From the NCBI GenBank assembly GCA_000934665.2, contig KZ538628.1:1-57528 (forward strand): 57,528 bases of DNA, written 5' to 3'. Source of the DNA: Catajapyx aquilonaris. Its lineage: Eukaryota. Positions 41,563-54,430 of this stretch are shown piece by piece. The notes beneath the pieces are model-generated. The model did not search any database and was not told where the DNA came from. It saw only the letters and a program-made list of their open reading frames with translations. A program made the translations under genes and the position numbers. Position 1 is the stretch's first letter. Each line of letters starts with the position of its first letter.

Positions 41563-42267
41563 GGCCGCTGTATTGGCCGGAGAATTATTAGATGCATTTA
41601 GGGCTTTGGAGACAACCTGCAGACAAAAACAGAAGCTCATTGCATTTCAGGCTGTTTTCTGTAAATAGGGAAAAGAAAAAAAAAATTGGCTATTAATTTA
41701 TTACCAGCATCCCGATTGTACATTGCGACTGCCTCATGTACATCAGACCTTGCCTGAAATGAAGTAATTACATGCCCTTATTAATTATGCAGTCGTAATG
41801 ATACGTTGCGGACGATCTTAATTCTACTGAAGGTCCTCTTACAGAAAGTTGCCTATTTGTACCTTGTTTTTAATTTCCCGTCATGCCCGAGGCATAGATA
41901 AGGAAAGATGTGATGGAGATTAAGTCACAATAATTGCATTTTTAAAAAATATTTATATCCTTGGCTGTGGGTTGTCAGTTCAGAGATTGTAAACCGATTT
42001 TTGGAGTCACTCCAAATTACGGGTTTTGTAATTAGTATTTCTGATGTAATCCCCCAAGTATTCTGTGGCGTATGCGCTCGTACTTAGTTGAGTGCTAAAA
42101 AAAAGCCGCACGTGCACTCGGCAGTTGAGATAAACCAGGCTGTAATTTATGAATCATAATTCTGTTGAACGAGCCAGCTCACCGCATAATAAAAAACACA
42201 GCCATGTTGCCTATAAATGGAAAGTCATGTGCTCCGAATATAATTGCAAAAATACTATACCGTTTAA

Positions 42268-42558
42268 AAGGTGCGGGTCAGAGGTCAGAAGCTTAACCTA
42301 AAAAAACACTTATTTCAAGAGCTCATATCAGGAAAAAGCCACTTTTGGCACCTCATGTGCCTGACGTCACTAAAGATTTTGCGCTCACATCTGACCCGTT
42401 TTGGCCGTGGCTGCAAAACATGTTTTCGCCAATTTTTTTTGCAATTGCTGTGCCTGCAATAGAGATAGGATTGTCATCGAAGAAAAACGTCATAATGCAT
42501 TTTTATAGCCTGCAAGTACAAAAGTGGAGTTAACATTTTTTTGGTGCGACCGCACCTT
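42268..42558. mobile_element. Possible TTAA-targeting (Kolobok-like) MITE
   Basis: TTAA|AAGGTGCGG ... CCGCACCTT|TTGA short inverted ends. Confidence 0.35.
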
Positions 42559-43947
42559 TTGATAATTATGTCTGGATGATTCCGGCTCAGGTTAATCCGA
42601 GAACGAGGACTGGTCCAGAGCGGTTTTTGATTTCGAAGCAAACAGTCCTTATCTCGTGAGATTAGCCGAGTCTGACCCCACCCAAACTGCTCCCCCTGGC
42701 ACGCAGCATGTCAACACATATGACGCTAACGGAGTTTGGAATTATGCACAGATCATGTGAGCCATGTCGTCAAATCAAACAATGGCAACTGCCCAGCACA
42801 ACAAAAACGAGAGCAATGAACAAAAAAACTTTTGCATTTTTCTGCCAGCTTTTTTTTTTTTCCGGGACATTCCGCTCTTCCACAGTATTTTGATACTCGT
42901 CGCATTGCGCTTTTTTTTTAAAATTACTATTACGCTGTTTTTACATTGTTACTGTTACGCCCCCCAGTGCCTTTCAGCCACATGTATTTATGTACTCGAA
43001 AACGAGTCTTCCGGTGATAACGATTGTGGTTGTATTATTTATATGTGAAATAAAGAGGCTTTTTTTTCCCCCTTTTATCGAACACGGGTTCAAACTCTGC
43101 TCTAGTTAGCCCTTATCTATTATCCAGCCGCCCCTGTCCCCATGTTTCCTTCCTTCCGGCATCCTGCCTACATTATCTCGACACAAGAAAAAGCACATGA
43201 CTGGACCTTGGAGCGACTGATAACACCGGAGCACATGCCGAGACATACTCTCTCCGGAGACAATTATTTGCCTTTGAAGTACTGTTGCTACCTGAGCACT
43301 TAAAGTACTTTAACAGCCGCCGCTAACAGTTGGTTATCAGCCTGATAGCTTATCATAATAAGTTACATAATATTGCTAGTACACACTCAGGTGTCTGTTA
43401 ATTAGCAATTAAGCTGGGTACAGGCTTTTCGCAAAAAAAGGTTCGCAAAAAAATATTTGACCTTGGCGCTTACAGAGTGAGTTGCGTGCATATTACAATC
43501 GGCGTACCGGACCAAATGGCCAAATATTCGCGTTAAAAAAACCGCGTGATTTAAACTGGTTTACAGGTGAGATAATTACACACTAATTACTCTAACAATG
43601 TAGACTTGTAGTACAGTACATATAATGTCACATGCTTGGGCATTGCGTAACACCTCCATTGTACATACCGGTACATACGTAAGGTACATGTACGCAATGT
43701 GTACATAGTACATTACATGTACGCAATGTGTACATAGCCTAGTTTTTGTGTATAAGCACATGAGGGCATCAGCATCATAACATCTGAAGTGGTCAGCAGC
43801 ATCCCTCACGTGACATCATGTGACCTGTGGGGGTCATATTATCAGGAGACGGGCCTGTTGGGCATAGTGTGAGCCAGGCCGCTGAGTAGCATGGGTGTGT
43901 TGTTGCAGGTCTTGCGGCGTCGCCATAGGGGCGGCGGAGAAGGAGAG

Positions 43948-45265
43948 ATGGCTATGGACCTACTGACGGCCAAGGTGGTGGTGGCTGCCACCTTGTTCGT
44001 GCTGACGTTCCTGTTCTGCTGTCTGCCGCTCAGGTTCGTGGCGACCGTCAGACATACGGAGGACAGGCTGAAGAAGGAGCTGTACCAGAGGGTGCTGGGC
44101 TTGTTGAGCTGCTTTGCCGGAGGAGTGTTCCTCGGTACATGCCTCCTCGACCTGTTCCCTGAGGTCGAGGAAGGCTTCCAAGCGGTAAGCATTGTCACGC
44201 CGAGTCGCACCTACGAAACTGATCGTTGAACCCACAGGTTGAGAAGAACTTGGGTATCCGGCTGTCCTACCCGGTGTCTGAGTTCGTGGTCGTGTGCGGC
44301 TTCTTCCTGGTGCTGCTGACCGAGCAGATTGTCCTGTACTTTAAAGAGATGAGCAGCTTTGATGACCCGCCTTTACTGAGCGAGGCTGGTCTGCAGGAAG
44401 GTGGGCATAGTCACAGCCACATGCCGGTTGCGGTGCCATCAAACGGGCATCACCACGGAGCGACCAACAGTCCGCAGGTGACGGGCAGGAGGCGGCACTC
44501 CAGCCTGGACGTCATCGGGGAAAGGGAGAGACGGAGGCATGCGAGCATCGAGGGTATTAGCGACAGGCCGCAGACACCGTCGTCCCTTAACGGCGACCCT
44601 TTCCATGAAGTGCCGCTGGGTGCCATGCCTGACTTGGATGGCACTGGGTGAGTTCCAAATGCAAAATTGTTAATGAAGTTCCAGTCACGTCACAACTGCG
44701 ATAAAAATGCTAATTATGGTCTTTCTAATCAGTAATAAGTCGGCTATAGATAGCACTTTCTATTTGAAGAACACGGCTCACATGCAATTATATGCTCAGG
44801 TTGGAGCCTCACTCGACGTCACGTACTCTCCTGCTGCTTCTGGCCCTCTCACTTCACTCTGTGTTTGAAGGCCTGGCGGTGGGTCTGCAGAGTGATGTGG
44901 AGTCCCTCCTGCAGATATGCGGCGCTGTGGCCATCCACAAGTGCGTGATTGCCTTCAGCCTGAGCCTGAACCTGGTCCAGTCCCGTCTGAAGGTCCGGTC
45001 CGTGCTGCAGGCCGCACTGCTCTTTTCCCTGGCGTCGCCATTGGGAGCAGTGGCTGGAACCTTCCTGGACGAGCTGGGAGCGTCGGCCACCACCCAACTG
45101 GCCAACGCCATCCTGCAGGGGATTGCCTGCGGGACATTCCTCTACATCACCTTCTTCGAGGTGCTGCCCCACGAAATGAACCAGCCCAGGGACAGGCTGC
45201 CCAAAGTGCTCTTTGTGCTACTCGGATTCGCAACGGTCTGCGGCGTGCTATTCCTCTCGCCATAA
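43948..45265 (+). CDS. ZIP (SLC39A subfamily II, ZIP1/ZIP3-like) zinc transporter, ~370 aa
   Basis: Exons 43948-44184, 44238-44647, 44800-45265 (1113 nt). CFAGGVFLGTCLLDLFPE, His-rich loop (GHSHSH, GHHHG), ALSLHSVFEGLAVGLQ, AIHK, GTFLYITFFEVLPHE. Confidence 0.95.
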
Positions 45266-46080
45266 TAGTTGGAATGGGAAGCCGTGTGTAAAGATATTAT
45301 TTAGAGACTGCTGGTGCGACAGCTAACTGGAACTGAGTGGCATCCAAAATCATTTTCGACTGCAAAGATTGTGATTAGATTAACTTTTACTCCAACGTAC
45401 CTGGCACTTGCTAGCATCTGTGCTGACCAGTAGTGCACTACGCACGATATTAACGTACCTTTTAAAACCCGCCCAAACTATGCAGGTCGTGTAAAATCAC
45501 TGATTCTGACAACAACTGTACATATCCAGCGTCCAGACATTTATCAAGTGATTTTCTTACATAATGTATATTTGTATTTATACTTTTACTAACATGTTGA
45601 AGGGCATGTAACGAGATGTCCGTTTATTACAGCAACATGGTCACTACCATTAGGAAATGAGGACCAGTTGCTCGAAGCCATAGATTTTTATATTATAAAT
45701 ACATTGTCAATAAACTAGCTACGAGCAGCAAAATATCCGTCTTCTCCTTCACGGAATATGGGAGGAAAAAATAGGGGTTTTTCACTTATATGTATAACAC
45801 TATACGTAGCAGGGTACCTGCTGTCCAAATAATGCATGTTGAAACATTCGTGAATTGTTTGCAGGGAATGGTTATGAGGATAACCCCTAATTATATGGTG
45901 ATATTGTGCCATCCGTTGCCATCGTGGCATATACAGTCTGAATAAAGGGACAACAATGATCCCTTTTCCATGGTTTGTTGATTCCGGAATAATATTCTCT
46001 TATGTTAGTTTACGGCTTATTGGACATAATAACCGGATTTGGATCCACCAGCAGAGCAAACACCCCCCATCGTGGCGGGT

Positions 46081-46757
46081 ATGGCCGGGAAGACTGGAGC
46101 CGTCATCTTCCTCCTCTTAGTCTCCACAATGTCCCCAGGTGAGCCACATACTATACACACTGTGCATGTCCAGTGCTTTTATTGTTACTCCTGCTCAAAG
46201 ACGGTTCTTTGTCTGCGCAGTCGTGGGTCTCTGGTGCTACTACAAACTCTGCGATGTAAGGGACGCAGATTGCATGATGGATGACGGAAGGAGGGTGGAT
46301 TGCTCCAGGGAGGATGACATAGTGACGGACGAGGATTGTGAGGGCTATTTCGCATCACCGTCATGCTCTTTCTATTGCATTAAGTTGTTCACCCCTGGTA
46401 AGCGTTGCAGACAATATAGGAATCTGTATACAGTACGGCAGGTTTAATATTATACACACAACATCAGGGAATCTATATGCCGAAACCGGCCTATATATGT
46501 GTATATGTCTGCCGCCTTTTTTGAAGAGCGCCAGACATTATACAGTGTATAGGACGATCCATTCACTGAACCTTCTCTTTCTTCCAAAAGGTACAATTGG
46601 CCACGGCTGCGTCCTGGGAACAGAAGATTATTATCGTAGGAATAGGGATTGCAGGGATGATGAACCATACAGACGCTGCGTTTGCTCGGGGGACTTGTGC
46701 AACGCCGTACACCGGTACACGACAACGCTTCTGCTCCATCCCCATCCCTGGCCATGA
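46081..46757 (+). CDS. Ly6/uPAR three-finger (quiver-like) protein, copy 1, ~133 aa, GPI tail out of frame
   Basis: Exons 46081-46138 (signal peptide), 46221-46397 (LWCYYKLC...FYCIK), 46591-46757 (HGC...RCVCSGDLCN); stop before the hydrophobic tail. Confidence 0.75.
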
Positions 46758-47740
46758 TAGTCCTCCTCTTGGCCATGCCCTTCTGGATTGCTGTTCTACG
46801 CTCATCATCCAACGTGTAATTGAATGTAATTAATTAATTTAAAAAAAAAAAACTTTCGGCCTGCCTCTACCTATACCTTGCTGGTCTTTCATTGTTTTGA
46901 TAACCGGCTTAATGAGGAGCATTCGGTTTGCTCTGTTAATGTTCCACTAATGTCATTTCCTGGAGCATTAACTTGAAAACCATTAAAAGAGCATCAGAAA
47001 AACATCTGTGGAGCGCATCACAATATATTTAATGCTCTCTTGATGCTCTCGTAATGCTCAGCGGTTTACAGTGTAGCTAAATATGCAAAGTTCAATACTA
47101 TTAAACACTAAAAAAACTATATCATAATAATTTCTGTAATTTTCCCTGAATGAGCACAGAGTGAGGGTGAAGATGTGATCAGTTGCCAAAAGTTTGACTT
47201 CCTTTTACAGCTTTTAAAATAAACTAGGAAAACTCTCGCAAACCACTCGCTTCGCTCGCTCTTTTCTAGGCCTACGGCCTGGGGTATACCTATTCGGCGC
47301 ACCATATCGCCGGGGAATGGACAGTTTCCCCGGCAACCCAACAGGAGTTGTTTACACCAAATTGCGCATGAGTAGAACGCGGGCCAACGGGGAGGTGGCG
47401 GTAACAATATGCGGCGGACCAATCAGAGGGCTCGGCCAACTCCCGCAAGGATTTTAATATTATAGATTGTTCTAGATCATCCTCCCCCCCCCNNNCTGAA
47501 TAATCCTGGTCGCAATGGACCATCTTCGTACTTTTTGGTCATGCCCTCTGATTGCCCGCACATTGTTGCTCGCCACCTTCCCATTGTTCCCTGGTGTGTC
47601 GTCCGTTGCCATCGTGGCATATAGTCTGAATAAAATAATGGACAACAGTGATCCCCTTTCCATGGTTTTTTTGATTCCGGAATAATATCCTCTGGACATG
47701 TAGTACCGGATTTGGATCCACCAGAACCACAGCGGGTATT

Positions 47741-48690
47741 ATGGCCGGGAGGACTGGAGCCCATGGAGTCATCTTGCTCATCCTCCTCTTGGTCTCTACA
47801 ATGTCCCCAGGTGAGCCATCAGTGCTTGTATTGTTACTCCTGCTCAACGATGGTTCTTGGTCGGCAGTCGTGGGTGTCTGGTGCTACTCCAAATCCTGCG
47901 AAAGAGATGACGCAGATTGCAAGATGGGCCTAGGAAAAAAGGTGGATTGCTCCAAGCTGGAAAAGCAAGACCAGGATACGGACCAGGATTGCGTCTCATC
48001 CGAATCAACGTCATGCTCTTTCTATTGCGTCAAGATGATCACCCCTGGTAAGCAAATGCCGACAATATAGGAATCTATACAGTATATGGCAGGTTTAATA
48101 TGTATATACACCCAGGGTGTGTACTCTACTATATAACACGCAAAAAGGTTGTCGCACTGTATCCGCGACTTGGTGTCCGCGACTTGTTGTTTACTCTATA
48201 CTGCCGCAAGGGTCGCGGTGATCGTGTTTGGGTGTGATTTGACCACGGATATACATATATAGTGAGACAATCTTTTTGCGTGTCATAGTACATGGGCTGG
48301 GAAAATGATGCAGGTGGGTGGACTGTCCCATCACTGTCATATGCGCACAGGGGATATGTCTATATGTCTACTGTCTGTTTTTGAAAAACGCCAGACAATA
48401 TATTGTATATACAGTCGATCCATTCACTGAACCATCTATTTCATCCAAAAGATAAAATTGTCCACGACTGCGTCTTAGGAACAGAAGATTATTATAAGAA
48501 GTATAAGGATTGCCGGGATGCGAGGCCGGGATTTCGGGTTGAAGGAGTATACACGCGCTGCATTTGCTCCGAGGAACTATGCAACGCAGCACACGACGCT
48601 TCTGCTCCATCCATGGCCATGATAGTCCTCCTCTTGGCCATGCCCTTCTTGATTACTGTTCTATACGCTCATCATCCAACGTGTAATTGA
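47741..48690 (+). CDS. Ly6/uPAR three-finger (quiver-like) protein, copy 2, ~162 aa, predicted GPI-anchored
   Basis: Exons 47741-47810, 47868-48047, 48452-48690; signal peptide, 12 Cys ending CICSEELCN, then hydrophobic tail MAMIVLLLAMPFLITVL. Confidence 0.82.
48128..48290. mobile_element. MITE in intron 2 of Ly6 copy 2 (absent from copy 1)
   Basis: ACACGCAAAAAGGTTGTCGCACT ... AGTGAGACAATCTTTTTGCGTGT imperfect TIRs. Confidence 0.7.
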
Positions 48691-50217
48691 ATAATTAATC
48701 AATCAATTAAAAGACTTTCGGCCTGCCTCTATACCTATTGGTCGCTCTCATTGCTTTGATTGTTTGACTGTATTATGCGCATCAGCGAGCCCACGGAATG
48801 TGCAAAGCGAATGTCTGTCAGTGTAATACTCGTGAGTCTGCTATAGCTTCAACTATTTCGTCTGACTATATGTATATTATTGGGGAAATAATTTCGACTG
48901 GTTAATAACTCTTTTTTAAAAGGCAGATTTACGCGCAACAACTCCGACCAAAAGGTATTTCGAAATACTGCATGGAAATGAAGACTCGAGCCACAATTTT
49001 GGTCGAAGTCGGAGTTGACCACTGTGCAATATCGCCTTCAACTTTTACATTTAGACGCTCGAGTCAGTTTCATGCTATATTACCACTAGTTAAATCATCA
49101 AAATAAAATATTTATTCCCACATAAGGAATCATGCAGTCTTCAAAATGGCAATGCTTCCGAGCTATCCCATTGTGACTGTGATGTAGGCCAACACTTAAT
49201 TAAATATATTTGTGTGTTTATGTTAATATTCTTCATTGACAATGTCTCATCAAGAGAATACCTGATTTAAGAACTATACCTTCTAATCATAAACATCAAT
49301 GTAATTGGCCTAGTAAAATGAAATACCACATAGTATTTTTAAATACCTCAATTTTTAATCGTTTTTGAGGAAGGAAAAGGTTTCAGAATTTATATGCTCC
49401 CTGATCAAGTCATAATATAATATTATGAATGAGCAATGATGAATGAATGATAACTGAGAATGGCATTAAAATATTTCTGGGCATTTATGGTACTTCATCA
49501 AAACAACAGTCACTATAGAATGATGATTATCGGTTTTCACGCCTCACCAAATCGGTCTTCCAATAACAACATTTTCTTTCTATAATGTAATGTTGTATGT
49601 CCGATGTTCTATTTACATATAATGTAATATCTAACGTAGCCTACGTTTACACTTATGATGATAATGATTATATTTAAAAATTACGCGTAAGGTATAGGTA
49701 TACGGTGATGCATTATTTTGTACTTCGCTTTGCACAAAACCCCTTCCAACTCACATTAACTCACATTAATTTGGTCTGTAAAAATATGCGTCATATATGA
49801 TGTTAAAAGGCTTGCATATCTCATGGCGTTTATTTTGGTGAAGGCCCGCTGAAAAATATTGGTTATTTTTCAGTGCGCTATATTCAATTCAGTATGCAAG
49901 CAGTCGTTGAAATATATTATATTGAAAAATATATTATATTGAAAAATATATAATTTGAACGCGTGTCCCAAAAGTTCATGCAGTCACTTGAAATAATCGA
50001 GTCCAGTTGATGTGTGATTTTATTGTACTTCTACTCTACATGTTGCGCCTCTTAAAACAATATATGATGCATTGTATAGGATGGCCAAGTGAAAGATAAC
50101 ACGAGAAGAAATATTATGTTCGAAATGCAGATTCTGGAATTTCTCAGATGGAGGTGAGGAGCAGATGAATCACTTCCAAATAAGTCCCCATCTTCAGGTG
50201 CCGCGGGTATTACTTGC

Positions 50218-53200
50218 TTACCAATTAAATTCCGAATCGATCACCGGAACATACGTGTTGTGGTACTGGGGTAGGTCATAATCGCTGCATGTGAACTCGT
50301 CATTGACAAACCCAGCTTCCCCTTCCAGAGACAGGTCAACCTGATCGCCGTACTCCGCCAGTGCGCTTAGACTTACAGCATCAGTTCCACGGAATGTAAC
50401 GAGCTGGAATGTCCACCTGGTGTATGGGCTCAGCAGAGGCTCCGCTGCAGCCAGTTTTAAATATACATTATTTGGGGACGCTGGTGTTCCGTCGTCGTTC
50501 TTCTCTTGACTGTATATGACGACCACGGCTTCGCTTGTCATTATGTGAAATGAATTTTGGCACCTGAAGTATGACATCCCGTTGTGCGTCATTTCGACGT
50601 CCACGCCCACCTCAACTAGAGTGCGGTCAATGTGATCAACCACAGACTCGTTGTTGGACAAGAATTTCAGTTCGACCTTTGTGAACCTAATGGCATTTTG
50701 CCAATCCACTGAACTAACGACGTCGGCGTAGAATTCCACCTGTTCTCCAGTAAGTAGTCTTGTTATTTTGTCCTTGTGTTGGTCACTTTTCCACACGAAA
50801 AATGAGGGACTGATTAAGGAATTACTTTGAAAGGCTCCATACAGCAAGAATCCAACTCGCCTTTCATCGTCGGTGTTAATTTTTTTCCGAAGGTCCTCAA
50901 TGTTTGCGGTCGCGATGCTGACGAGGTCTTCAATGTCCTGTTCAACCGTCAAGTTAGCAGGCAGGTCTAAATCACGACGAGCAAAAATGGCGAATGGAAA
51001 CATAAACTGATTGTAGGAGTCTTGGGCTTCTTTGTAGCGAATGAGGACGACATTTGACCTGATCATCACCTCTAGACGAGCTATGACACGTCTTAGGGTG
51101 TCGTTTTTAATTCCCGAACCCGCCAAATAACTTGAACAATGCTCGATTTCATACATGTAATCTGCCAGTTGCTTCTTTTCCACATAGTTTTGATTCCGAT
51201 CATACATTTTCATCATTGAGATCATTGCGTCGCTCATAATTCCGATATCTCGAAGCACATCAGATTCAACCGAATGAGTTTGAGCTAATTGCTTCATTAG
51301 CATCCTCACTTGCTCGATCGAAGATTGCACCTTCCACTTTGACACGTCAATCCCAGCCAATGTCTTGTGTCCATGATCGCCTTCCAATTTGTCCAGTAGC
51401 TCTGCCAAACTTTTCAATTTAGGAACCATCATTTTATACACTTCTTTTTCCAACCGCTTCAACATTTCATGCCCGTCTTTAGACTCATCAATTGCCTCGT
51501 GCACCACTTTAATTGTTTCCTTATTATCCAAGTACTTTTTTGTGTACGAACCAATGAATATTCCAGTCACTTCAAGTGCCTGTACAACATAATCAATCTC
51601 GTCAACTATTTTTTTGGCATCGTCTCCGTCGGGTAACTCTCGCTTTGTTTTCCCTAGCAATTGATGAAATTCCTGCACCAAGTCGTTGACGCTCAAGTGG
51701 TCCACGTTGGTCAAATTCCTTTCGATGTTGTCCAACTCTTCTGACAAGCCGTTTAATTCGTCAGGATATTCCCCGATAAGCGTTCGCACAATGCCCAACT
51801 GATCCTTTAAGATCGCTATCTTGTCCTGAGGAATAATTGCGTCGCGTAATTGATCTCTGACATGAGCAGGTATGTCAATAACAGGTTTCTTTCGTGCTGA
51901 AGGAACTGGGTCCATCACCATATCAATTTTAGATACGATATCTCCAATGAACTTTCCCACAAGACCAAAGGTAGTCAATAAATCCAATACACTTGCTAGA
52001 AATCCATAAATCGCTTCGTTTGAAAGGTTTCGGGCAATTTCCTTCCGCTTGTCTTTCGTGTCTTCCTTATTCTGGATCGCTTCTTCAATGAGACTTGCAG
52101 TGTCATCAGCCATACTTTCGCTTATCCTGGATATTTCTTCCGTGACAAATCTAATGTTCTCCATGGCACTGTCAATTGTAGCGTCGTTATCGCTTTTATA
52201 CTTGGCATTGCTACGCACTACTCTATCCACTGCGCGAGACTCCAGCATGTAGTTAATGTCATCTGTTGCTCTATTTAAATAAACATTTAAATAAATGCCG
52301 ATGCCTATTAATAATCTGCCCTCTAGCTTCTGCAAGGCGTTAATCTTCCCTATTGTTGCAGTCAAAATGAAATTGAGAGTCTCCGTGTGTTCTGCAGTGT
52401 CATCGTAGCTCTTTCGATTTTCTTTGTATTTCAGGACGTGTTCCCAAAGTGTCCTGTACTGAGGCATAAATCCGTCCTTGTATTTCGGCTTGTAGAACTG
52501 ATTCTCCATGGCAATGAGTTCGTCAGCCAGCCTCGTCGTGTCCCATTCCTCGGTGTCCATGTCAAGCCTGGAAAATCGGTCGTGGAATTCGGACAGGCCC
52601 TCTGTGAAGTTGTCCCCGACATGTTGTCTCAAGTAGGCCTCATACCTTCGGAGTGCATGTGAAACATAGAGATGTCGAGTTGGCCTTGGTTCTTCAAATT
52701 CCGCGCAATAGTGACCGTTCAACCCGTTCGTTCCATTATCTGCTCGCCCATTAAAATAACTTCCTCTTTCAATGGCCAATCTGCTACCGGAAAATATCTC
52801 CATCTCCCAGTTTTTCCAGTCTGTGTAGATCCCATCGTTTATTCGCCCGTTTTCACCTCCTCGTCCTCCAGTTCCACCCTGGCCATTCCTCCCGGGCTGT
52901 CCTTGCTCTTCCTGCACCTTAATAGACTGTCCCATTCCGATAATTTTGACCCCTCCTGCCCTGCCTCCTTCGCCTCCTCTTCCTCCGTCGCCTCCGTGAC
53001 CTCCAACCTGACCCTTTGGTCCTTCAATTCTTATCCTGATGAAGCACTTCCTGGTCCACTCCAACTTGTCCTTCCAATTCCATTCGCACCTTAATGTGTC
53101 GGATTCATACGTGACATTGTTCTTTGGATCCAGGTTGTTGTATCGCGAATTAAGGCACGTTATGATTTCAGCGATATCGTCTATAGTTCTCCCCGATTGA

Positions 53201-54135
53201 CCTGGTGGGGTTTTGGGCAAGTTTGGTATCTCCAAATTCGGAGTGTCTTCGCATGTGGTGGTCCTGTTTGTGACCGAGTCTCTTCCTCTTCTTCCGTCCC
53301 CTCCGTCCTCCCCCTTCCCTCCCCTCCCTCATTTTGACATGATTAACATATTGGGACCACAGCCGACAAATGACTCTCCCGCCATCAGGATGCTTCCTGC
53401 AGGACCTCCCGGATGTCCACATTTCCCGTCCTCTCCACGGCCACCATAACTCGTGGCCTTCGCGGCCTTTGTTTTGATGTCTGCACCATTTGTGCCAGAT
53501 GATAAGTCAACGACCCTCTTATCTCCAACGACGTAGAATCTGCGACCAATGATGACCAGGTGCAGCTCCGATCCGACGTCCCGGTTCAGATTGGCGTCTA
53601 GGAAGAGAGTGTCCAAGGCGAACACTTCAACATGCGTCCATTTATTGCTGGAGCACCGCTTCTCCCTGATGGCTCTTGTTACTTCAGATAGATGCACGTA
53701 GTACCCCTGCACCACCAGCCTACCTTCCACTTCATTGCAGGACGTGGTCGTGTTTGTGCGGAGTGCAGATAGGAACTGGACGGCATCAGCGTGGCCATTC
53801 TTCTCGGCCAGCTCGAGCAGCGTCTGTTCCCTTCTGTGCCTGGCGCACTGGCGCATGGCTCCATTCTTGACCAGTGCTTCGATGGCCGACATTTCCCCGG
53901 AAGCAACCGCATCTTCCAGCAGACGAATGGCGACCAAGGGGTTCTCCACCATTTCAGGCACATCCTCCAGCAGCCATCGGACCACGTGCCAGTGTCCTCC
54001 AGCGGCTGCCATCATGGCCACTGGTCCTCCATTCAGCTTCCTTTCTCCAGCACCAGATGACCCCTGCCCTCCAACAAGCTCCTTCACTCTTTCCAGGTCA
54101 CCGGAAGAAGCAGCACTGATCAGAGATTGGCCAAT
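50218..54135 (-). pseudogene. Intronless ~1300-codon ankyrin-repeat / Gly-rich / helical, toxin-like gene with one in-frame TGA and no evident start
   Basis: ORFs 53329-54153 and 50218-53235 are in the same frame; the junction reads MSK*GRGGKGEDGGDGRRG. N-terminal ankyrin repeats (AASSGDLERVKELV, AAAGGHWHVVRWLLE, LAEKNGHADAVQFL), Gly-rich tracts, long helical region, C-terminal PLLSPYTRWTFQL...DLSLEG. Confidence 0.7.
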
Positions 54136-54430
54136 AAGATCGTATGCAGCCAAGAAAAGAACGACGACGGAACACCAGTCATCACGAGTGGAATGTATTC
54201 ACCCCTGGTTCGTGGGGACCCTGTGCTGAGCCCATGCACCAGGTGGACATTCCAACTCTTTTCTAGAAGGAACGTTAAGTTTTAGCCAGCTGGCAGAGTA
54301 CGGCGATCGAGTTGACCTGGCTCTGGAAGGAGAAGGTCAGTGGGTCACGGACGAGTACAAACGCAGGGATTACCTGTACTCAAGTACTAGTACAACAAGT
54401 ATGTTCAAGGTGATTGATTCGGAAATTATG
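54136..54430 (+). pseudogene. Frameshifted 3'-end fragment of a paralog of the 50218-54135 gene, in opposite orientation
   Basis: Translates IVCSQEKNDDGTPVITSGMYSPLVRGDPVLSPCTRWTFQL / FSQLAEYGDRVDLALEGEGQWVTDEY...VIDSE versus VIYSQEKNDDGTPASPNNVYLKLAAAEPLLSPYTRWTFQL...LAEYGDQVDLSLEGEAGFVNDEF...VIDSE. Confidence 0.9.

Noticed and set aside
53329..53331. UGA as selenocysteine or an alternative genetic code (UGA=Gly)
   Set aside because: Context predicts Gly not Cys, only one TGA among many Gly codons, no SECIS recognised, and neighbouring genes use TGA as stop.
50218..54153. Bacterial contaminant or chimeric contig
   Set aside because: Flanked on both sides by the same host repeat family (49013-49245, 55565-55625) and no operon context; cannot be fully excluded without reads.
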